From Candidatus Parcubacteria bacterium (GTDB lineage: Bacteria; Patescibacteriota; Minisyncoccia; UBA6257; 2-01-FULL-56-20), in NCBI GenBank assembly GCA_027450205.1, contig DAIDJL010000005.1, positions 251 through 64,250 on the forward strand: a stretch of DNA of 64,000 bases, written 5' to 3'. Under the pieces are notes generated by a model. The model made no database searches. It worked only from the letters and a program-made list of their open reading frames with translations, and was not told where the DNA came from. Positions 58,199 through 64,000 of the stretch are shown piece after piece. A program made the position numbers and the translations under genes. Numbering within the stretch: position 1 is the stretch's first letter; the number at the start of each line of letters is the position of its first letter.

Positions 58199-58682
58199 TT
58201 CTTTCCGGTCCCGGCTTCACGAGCCACACCGTCTTGCAGCCCTCAAAGCTTCCGATGTGTTTGTTCTCGTTGATCGCGGGGCCTTCCGGACTGCCCTCTC
58301 GCATCTCAAGATTGGCGCTCGCGGTGTGCGCGATCTTGAAGTGCTTGCACGCCCACTGAAATACGTGCTTCCACTTGGCACGGGCGGGAAAGTGGTGGGT
58401 CGCAGACTCACTTTCAAAGTGGATATCAACGCACTCCAGCTTGAGTTTGCCGTGGTGCCGACCTGGATGGTAGCACTCGGCTTCGGCGGTGAATTCCTCG
58501 ACGAGTTCTTCTGTTCCGAGGGCGAGCACCGAAGCCAACTTCTCGGCTAGGTGCCTGTGGTTGGGTTCCACATCGCACTCGACCTTTACGCTTTCCACCG
58601 GCCTGCCGTGACGATGGACTTCAATCGTCACGACTACCGCTTCCCCGGCGGAACCTCCTTCGCTAAGCTGCTGGTTTTCCAT
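58191..58682 (-). CDS. candidate ubiquitin-like (tandem beta-grasp?) protein ending in Gly
   Basis: It is the first gene of the operon. The start was moved from the GTG to ATG (MENQQLSEGG) with an SD-like AAAGGAAAA. The C-terminus is ...LVKPGPERNG*. VVVTIEVHRHGRPVESVKVECDV and KLKLECVDIHFESE look like beta-grasp strands. Confidence 0.3.
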   Translation of the reverse strand: MENQQLSEGGSAGEAVVVTIEVHRHGRPVESVKVECDVEPNHRHLAEKLASVLALGTEELVEEFTAEAECYHPGRHHGKLKLECVDIHFESESATHHFPARAKWKHVFQWACKHFKIAHTASANLEMREGSPEGPAINENKHIGSFEGCKTVWLVKPGPERNG

Positions 58683-58818
58683 AGGTTGTAGTTTTCCTTT
58701 CTGTCTCCGCACTTGACGGAGCGACAGGATGACCTTATCCTGTAATAGGAAGTCTAGCGAATCGCCCCGTAGGTGTCAACACCATCAGGATGTGAATATC
58801 CTGTGCAAGGACAAAACC

Positions 58819-59184
58819 ATGAGCATTTACGAACAAATCGGAGCGAAAATAAGAGAACTTCGGGTGCATCACCTCGGAAAGGGAATCAGCCAGGAAACCC
58901 TTGCCGAAGCGATGAACACTACCCCCAACACGATTTCCCGATGGGAAACCGCCACATATAAACCATCCATTGAGGATTTGGAGAAATTGGCACGGTATTT
59001 CGGAACCACCATCGGGGTATTCTTTCCAAACATCGATCCGGGGGCACGCGTTCAGGCACTCCTCAGTGCTACAGGCGACCTCGACGATGATGACCTTGAC
59101 GAGCTTACCCGTTACGCACAGTTTCGTCGGGCCAGGAAGGAGTTGGATCAGGCGAAGAAACGAGGGAAGCGAAAAGCGCTATGA
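58819..59184 (+). CDS. XRE-family HTH regulator (CapH-like)
   Basis: The HTH is LGKGISQETLAEAMNTTPNTISRWET. The start was moved to ATG (MSIYEQIGAK). It is divergent from the Ubl operon and overlaps the downstream peptidase gene by 4 bp. Confidence 0.6.
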   Translation: MSIYEQIGAKIRELRVHHLGKGISQETLAEAMNTTPNTISRWETATYKPSIEDLEKLARYFGTTIGVFFPNIDPGARVQALLSATGDLDDDDLDELTRYAQFRRARKELDQAKKRGKRKAL

Positions 59185-59819
59185 TGGCGAATCCAAACTA
59201 CGCATCACTAAAGGAGCTTGCGCGAGCGAAGAGGGCGCAATACGGTGTGACTACCGAGGCTCTCAACCTGATCGTAGTGAGGAAGATTTACTCAGACGAA
59301 GGGATTCGCATCGACAATTGGGAGTTCCCGCGAACCATCCGCGCTGCCTACATGAGCGATGACGCGGACCCTTCGGTCGCGATCAACAAGACACTGCCGA
59401 GAGAACCGCGTCTCTTCTCACTAGTGCATGAGCTGAAGCACCACTACGTTGACCGGCCGAAGATCGAGCAGGGGCAAATCAAGTGCGGCGACTACAACGA
59501 GAACCAGACAATTGAAATTGGAGCTGAGGTGTTCGCCGCCGAATTTATCTATCCGGAAACCGAGTTTCTGGAACGGCTGCAACTCCTGAATATCGAACCG
59601 GGACAATGCTCGCCCGAGGATGTTGTACGCCTCAAGCGCGAATGCAGGGCCTGCGTCAGCTATCAGTTTCTAAGGAAACGGCTCGTGCGGCTGGGATTCG
59701 CCATGCCTCACGCCTTCGATAAAATCCAGTTTCAAAAACTCGAAGAACAACTGTATGGGCCGCCGATCTACAAGCAGAAATGGTTCCAGCGGCGGCGTGG
59801 TCGTGCCCAGGCAAAATAG
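59181..59819 (+). CDS. ImmA/IrrE-family zinc metallopeptidase (CapP-like, DUF955)
   Basis: The HEXXH motif is VHELKHHYVD, with a downstream Glu/Cys-rich region. Confidence 0.65.
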   Translation: MMANPNYASLKELARAKRAQYGVTTEALNLIVVRKIYSDEGIRIDNWEFPRTIRAAYMSDDADPSVAINKTLPREPRLFSLVHELKHHYVDRPKIEQGQIKCGDYNENQTIEIGAEVFAAEFIYPETEFLERLQLLNIEPGQCSPEDVVRLKRECRACVSYQFLRKRLVRLGFAMPHAFDKIQFQKLEEQLYGPPIYKQKWFQRRRGRAQAK

Positions 59820-59957
59820 CTGGACCAATGTCATTTGCCAAATGCATGTGGATGAGTTTTATTTCACTCGCCGGGGCAGAGGATGTCGTTCCTTCACACT
59901 CAGCAACCTCAACGCTGGCGCTTTGGGCTTGATGCTCTCTGACCCTACAGAGTAGTG

Positions 59958-61334
59958 TTACCTGTCACGTCTTCTTGGCCCTTTTCTACTTGCTCCTTTG
60001 CGCTCTGGTTCATCAAGTTTCAGACTCTGAATGCGCTGGAGTAGCTGCGCGGCGGATTCGTAGGACCGGCCTTCGCGCGCAGCAAGATCGGCTTCGGTGG
60101 GCACCAACTCGCCACGGAAGGCCTTGGCGAGAATAGATTGTGGAAGACGATCTATTTGCTGTTGGGTCGCTTTGTAGTGTGCCTCGATCTTGTCTGCGAG
60201 TGCGAATAATACGTTAACACGCCGCACGATCTCCTCTTGCTCTTCGATCAAGGGAAGATTGGCTTCATACTCTTCAAGAAGATCTTTGCGCACCCCATCC
60301 TGCCCAACGGTTCGCTCAGATGAGCTGATTACATAATTGCGTAGCGGCGGATCTTGCAGCAGAATAAAGAGAAAATCGTTATTCAATTCATTAGATGAGA
60401 TCGGCACCGCTTTCATGAGAGCGACGTTGTATGCACCTTCAATTCCCCGCAGAATCTGAAACAGTGGTGGACCATATCGCCCTATCATCACATCAGTCTT
60501 CCTGCAAAGGCGTCGCGCCATATCTTTTGGTATATAGGTCAGGTTGTTATCCGATTTGTAGTCGCGAATTTGAATGAAACGGATATAACCCTCCTGCGCC
60601 TTATAGGCAAAATGCTTCTTCGGTGGTTGACTGCCGCCGATAATCTCACATATGGAACCTATTGTCTTAGTGCCCCAACTTGCAAAATCGATCTCATGCT
60701 CCTCCCGCCAGTCGGCGGTGAGGCGGCCGGAGCAGGCTGCTGCGAGAACGGATTGACGGAAGCGCTTGAGCAGCACTGGAATCTTCGCCATGCGCTCCTT
60801 GCACTGCTCAACTTCCGCGAGGAGCTTCTCCAGCCTTTCCGCGATTCTCCACTGCTCGGCGGAAGGCGGCACCGGGATACATAGTGTTTTTATAAACTCA
60901 GTCGGAACACGAAGCTGCCCCGCCGTACCTGTGAAATTCTCCTTTGCCTGACGACGAACACTGCTCTGTGACAGATATCGATAAACATAAAGCGGGCTAA
61001 TGCCCGACAATGGCCGGGCAACATGCACTTCAGTCGTGCCGCATCCAAGGCCATTCCGTAGATTTCGTGCAACCGCGCCCTTGCCGTTTTCCATACAGGG
61101 AGTGATCTTTGCGAAGAGGACATCGCCGTCTGCAAAATGGGTAAACCCTTTTCGAACATCACCCAAAGGACGCTCTTCTCGAAAAAGAAAATCGGGGGAA
61201 TCTTCGCTGATTGCGGCCATAGGAGCAAACGTAACCATTGTTTTGTCGTCAATGGTTTTGTCATGACGGGGGTTGATTGCTGAAACATCGACGAGTGCAG
61301 CAATATCCCAGCCCTCGGGAAGTTCGTCTGTCAT
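59958..61334 (-). CDS. hsdS: type I restriction-modification specificity subunit
   Basis: There are two target-recognition domains with conserved central/C-terminal helical repeats (LPLIEEQEEIVRRVNVLFALADKIEA). The size is 458 aa. There is a 4-bp overlap with hsdM. Confidence 0.75.
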   Translation of the reverse strand: MTDELPEGWDIAALVDVSAINPRHDKTIDDKTMVTFAPMAAISEDSPDFLFREERPLGDVRKGFTHFADGDVLFAKITPCMENGKGAVARNLRNGLGCGTTEVHVARPLSGISPLYVYRYLSQSSVRRQAKENFTGTAGQLRVPTEFIKTLCIPVPPSAEQWRIAERLEKLLAEVEQCKERMAKIPVLLKRFRQSVLAAACSGRLTADWREEHEIDFASWGTKTIGSICEIIGGSQPPKKHFAYKAQEGYIRFIQIRDYKSDNNLTYIPKDMARRLCRKTDVMIGRYGPPLFQILRGIEGAYNVALMKAVPISSNELNNDFLFILLQDPPLRNYVISSSERTVGQDGVRKDLLEEYEANLPLIEEQEEIVRRVNVLFALADKIEAHYKATQQQIDRLPQSILAKAFRGELVPTEADLAAREGRSYESAAQLLQRIQSLKLDEPERKGASRKGPRRRDR

Positions 61335-62746
61335 GCTTCCACGCCTTCCTCTTTTTCCACGAGGGCGACAATCTCGCGCAGGCTATCCACAATGGCTTCG
61401 AGTTCCGTGATCGCTTCGGCGGCAAGCTCCTGCGGTTCCGGCAGGTCGTCGGAATCTTCGAGGGATTCATCTTTCAGCCAGGTCACGTCAAGCTTGTAGC
61501 CGCGTTCCTTGATGGCCACGAGCGGGAAACTGCGGAAGCGTCCGGTCTCTCCCCCATCCGTTCGCTTACTCTGCCCGTTCGGGTCCTTGCCGTAGGCCTT
61601 TTCGAACTCGGCGAAGTGCTCGCGGGTGAGCGGGCGGTCTTTCTTGGTGATGCCGGGCACGTTGGAGCGGGCGTCGAAAATCCAGACCCTTTCCGTCGGC
61701 AGGCCTTTCTGGAAGAAGATGACGTTTGCCTTGACGCCCTGGCTATAGGGAGTGAATGTTCCGCGCGGAAGGCGCAGCACGGTATGCAGATTGCAGTCCT
61801 GCATGAGGATTTCAAAGACTTCGCCCGCCTTGTCCTCAAAGAGGCAGTTGTCTGGCAACACAATGGCGGCACGGCCGCCCGGCTTGAGCGTATTTACGAC
61901 GTGCTGCACGAAGTTGAGCTGCTTGTTGCTGGTTTCGATGGTGAAGTCTTCGCGCTCGGGTGCCTGGTTAGCCCCCTTGGTGCCAAACGGCGGATTGGTG
62001 AGTACGACATCGTAGCGCTCGCCACGGTCCGGCTCATAGAGCGTGTCGCCGAGATAAATACGCGGCTGGACGCCATGCAGGTAGAGATTCATGAGCGCAA
62101 GGCGGCGCGGGCGGGCGACGAGGTCCTGTCCGTAATACGTCTGCGTGCGGATGCGCTTTGCGTCGGCGCGGTCAAAGACCCCCTTGCTCTCGGCCACGAG
62201 CCATTCGTAGGCGCTCACGAGGAATCCGCCAGTGCCGCACGCCGGATCGGCGATGGTGAAATCCTTGCGTCCGCGCGGATCGGGCTTCATCACGCGACAG
62301 ATGGTCTGGATGAGCACGCGCGGCGTAAAGTATTGGCCCGCGCCCTTCTTGCCTTCGCTTGCGGCCTTCTCAAGCAGTCCTTCAAAGGCGGCGCCTTTCA
62401 CGTCCACGTCGAGAGAGGACCATTCCTCTTCATCGATCATGTCGATCAGGCGGCGGAGATTGACGGGATTGTTGAAACGCGAGGTGGCCTGGGTAAAGAT
62501 GTCGCCGAGCAGCCCTTCGGCGGAGCGCAGCTTGCGCAGCACGTCGTTGTAATGATCGGTGAGGTCGGTGCCGGAGAGTTTCTTCAGAGTGTCCCAGTCA
62601 CATCCTTTGGGTATCTCCACCCCCTTTTCTTCGGCCATCTTCAAAAAGAGCAAATAGGTAAGCTGCTCGATGTAGTCGCCGTAGTCCACGCCGTCGTGGC
62701 GCAGCGTGTGGCAGAAGCCCCAGAGTTTTTGAACGATATCACTCAT
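61331..62746 (-). CDS. hsdM: type I R-M N6-adenine DNA methyltransferase subunit
   Basis: Motif IV is VLTNPPFGTKG and motif I is DPACGTGGFL. The N-terminal HsdM_N helix bundle is present. Confidence 0.85.
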   Translation of the reverse strand: MSDIVQKLWGFCHTLRHDGVDYGDYIEQLTYLLFLKMAEEKGVEIPKGCDWDTLKKLSGTDLTDHYNDVLRKLRSAEGLLGDIFTQATSRFNNPVNLRRLIDMIDEEEWSSLDVDVKGAAFEGLLEKAASEGKKGAGQYFTPRVLIQTICRVMKPDPRGRKDFTIADPACGTGGFLVSAYEWLVAESKGVFDRADAKRIRTQTYYGQDLVARPRRLALMNLYLHGVQPRIYLGDTLYEPDRGERYDVVLTNPPFGTKGANQAPEREDFTIETSNKQLNFVQHVVNTLKPGGRAAIVLPDNCLFEDKAGEVFEILMQDCNLHTVLRLPRGTFTPYSQGVKANVIFFQKGLPTERVWIFDARSNVPGITKKDRPLTREHFAEFEKAYGKDPNGQSKRTDGGETGRFRSFPLVAIKERGYKLDVTWLKDESLEDSDDLPEPQELAAEAITELEAIVDSLREIVALVEKEEGVEA

Positions 62747-64000
62747 GCAGCGATGGCCTCATTGATTTTTTGTACGAGCGCGGGAAGGCGACCCTCGAAG
62801 ACCTTGGCGGCTTTCCCCCATCCGCCAAAATCGCTCAAAACCGGCTGACTGTCGAAGTCATCCTGATCGATGGAGAGATTCTCCTGCAGGTGCGTCCGGA
62901 TGCGGTCGAGCCAGACGAGTTGATCGGCGGTGAAGGCGTTGCCATTTTGGATGGCGTGCATGGCCCGGTCCGCGCGTTCTGAGGCGTTGAGGAGCGGGTT
63001 TTGGGTATCGGCGGCGTTCTTCACCATGGAGATGATGTCGGCAAGTGCCTTGTGGCGGCGCAGTTCAAAGGCTTTTTGGAGATTGGGCACGGTGAACCGC
63101 TGCGGCGTGGCGGCCAGCGTGTCGCGCAAGGACTTGAGCGCGTCGGGGTTCCAATTCTGCGGATGCTTGAGCAGGATCGCAATGGCGTCGATGTCCGACT
63201 GATGGTCGGCGACGTAGGCGGCAAAGGCGGCGAGATAGTTATCGGGCTTATATTCTTTGCCGTCCAGTCCGCGCACGAGCCATTCGGACGAGACCTCATC
63301 CTGCGCCGTATGGGCGACGAAAAAGACGCGGGGTTTGCGCTTGTAATCCTGGAGCAGGCGCTGGAAGTCAGGATTGCGCAGCAGGCCCATCGTGGGAGTG
63401 AAGTTCTTCTGGAGGGCCGCAGCGAGAGTTTTTGCGAGTGCGGCGAGATCGCCTTCAGGCACGAAGGCGGCAAAATCCGCGCGGGCATCGCCGTGCATTT
63501 CCTTATCAATGCGCTGGAGACGCTTGGTGAGGCAGCGAATGTTGTATTCCCGGTCCCGATTGGCCCAGATGTCCTCGACGATCTCAGGGATAGTGCGCGT
63601 GACTCCGGCGGGCGGATCGGCGGTCATGGCCGTCGATTGGCGGAAGTATTCGAGCAGGGTTCCGTCGAAGCAATCGAAGACGACGAAATGCGATTTGTCG
63701 GGATACTTTTCGCCTTTGCGCGTGCCACGCCCCAACATCTGCTCGAAGAGGATGCGGGACTTTACGGGGCGCAAAAAGACAATGAATTCGAGATCGGGGA
63801 TGTCCACGCCGGTGGTGAGCATATCCACGGAGACCACAATCCCGGGATTGGGGCGGTTGCGGAACTCTCGGATGCGCTGAAGCGGGCGGTCCACGGTTGG
63901 GCTGCCGGTGATCTTCTGGACGAAGGAGTCTCCCCTGCCGAAGACATCCCGCGCCTGGTCCACGAGTTGGTCCGCATGGGAGGTGTGCGGAAGGTCGTTC
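62743..64000 (-). CDS. hsdR: type I restriction enzyme R subunit (C-terminal part; 5' end beyond window)
   Basis: Helicase motif VI is VDMLTTGVDIPDLEFIVFLRPVKSRILFEQMLGRGTR. The frame is open to the window end (the track start GTG is not real). There is a 4-bp overlap with hsdM. Confidence 0.75.
   Translation of the reverse strand, partial: NDLPHTSHADQLVDQARDVFGRGDSFVQKITGSPTVDRPLQRIREFRNRPNPGIVVSVDMLTTGVDIPDLEFIVFLRPVKSRILFEQMLGRGTRKGEKYPDKSHFVVFDCFDGTLLEYFRQSTAMTADPPAGVTRTIPEIVEDIWANRDREYNIRCLTKRLQRIDKEMHGDARADFAAFVPEGDLAALAKTLAAALQKNFTPTMGLLRNPDFQRLLQDYKRKPRVFFVAHTAQDEVSSEWLVRGLDGKEYKPDNYLAAFAAYVADHQSDIDAIAILLKHPQNWNPDALKSLRDTLAATPQRFTVPNLQKAFELRRHKALADIISMVKNAADTQNPLLNASERADRAMHAIQNGNAFTADQLVWLDRIRTHLQENLSIDQDDFDSQPVLSDFGGWGKAAKVFEGRLPALVQKINEAIAA

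Noticed and set aside
61277-62848. 523-aa plus-strand ORF
   Set aside because: Antisense to hsdM, with no motifs. hsdM has clear NPPF and AdoMet-binding motifs on the minus strand.

Overview
This 64 kb window looks like a bacterial chromosome segment with a Gram-positive-like or Patescibacteria-like envelope; that attribution is inference from gene content only. The evidence is a complete secretin-less type IV pilus/competence locus, several pilins with very large C-terminal lectin-like domains, and many giant Ser/Thr/Cys-rich surface proteins. The window reads in these blocks.

- **1-4.4 kb:** a 3'-truncated giant surface protein gene (FN3 + beta-helix), not in the ORF track and found by hand translation, plus an upstream LamG-tailed pilin. 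This pair is paralogous to a second pair at 47.6-53.0 kb.
- **4.4-17.3 kb:** a housekeeping and nucleotide-handling block. It holds ParB-like and Mrr-like nucleases, a GNAT, ddl, a nucleoside phosphorylase, HIT, three NUDIX genes (one fused to a pyrophosphatase-like domain), an NTase, a P-loop kinase, an APH-like kinase, ndk, an ATP-grasp gene plus a possible second, and an aminotransferase.
- **17.3-19.6 kb:** tRNA-Asp and ligA.
- **19.6-37.8 kb:** a surface/type IV pilus super-locus. It contains a PilX-like protein, secreted proteins, a 1004-aa Cys/Thr-rich protein, a Big_2 lipoprotein, three pseudopilins, pilD, pilA, pilC, pilT, pilB, pilO/N-like genes, pilM and a divergent comFC.
- **37.8-42.8 kb:** an ECF sigma/anti-sigma pair, tmk, a long-form thyX and dcd.
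- **43.3-47.6 kb:** a probable defense islet with a small multi-TM protein, two TIR-like (ThsB-like) proteins, an HTH regulator and an HhH-GPD glycosylase.
- **53.0-55.7 kb:** high-GC regulators (wHTH-TPR, REC-like).
- **55.9-64 kb:** a tRNA-Pro 3' fragment (att-like) followed by a defense island. The island holds a Ubl-E2-JAB-E1 (Bil-like) operon, a divergent HTH + ImmA/IrrE (CapH/CapP-like) pair, and a type I R-M system (hsdS, hsdM, hsdR) running off the window end.

The provided ORF track translates TTG/GTG as M, so several starts were moved to the nearest plausible ATG or SD-supported start. The many long Arg-rich ORFs antisense to real genes are high-GC artefacts.
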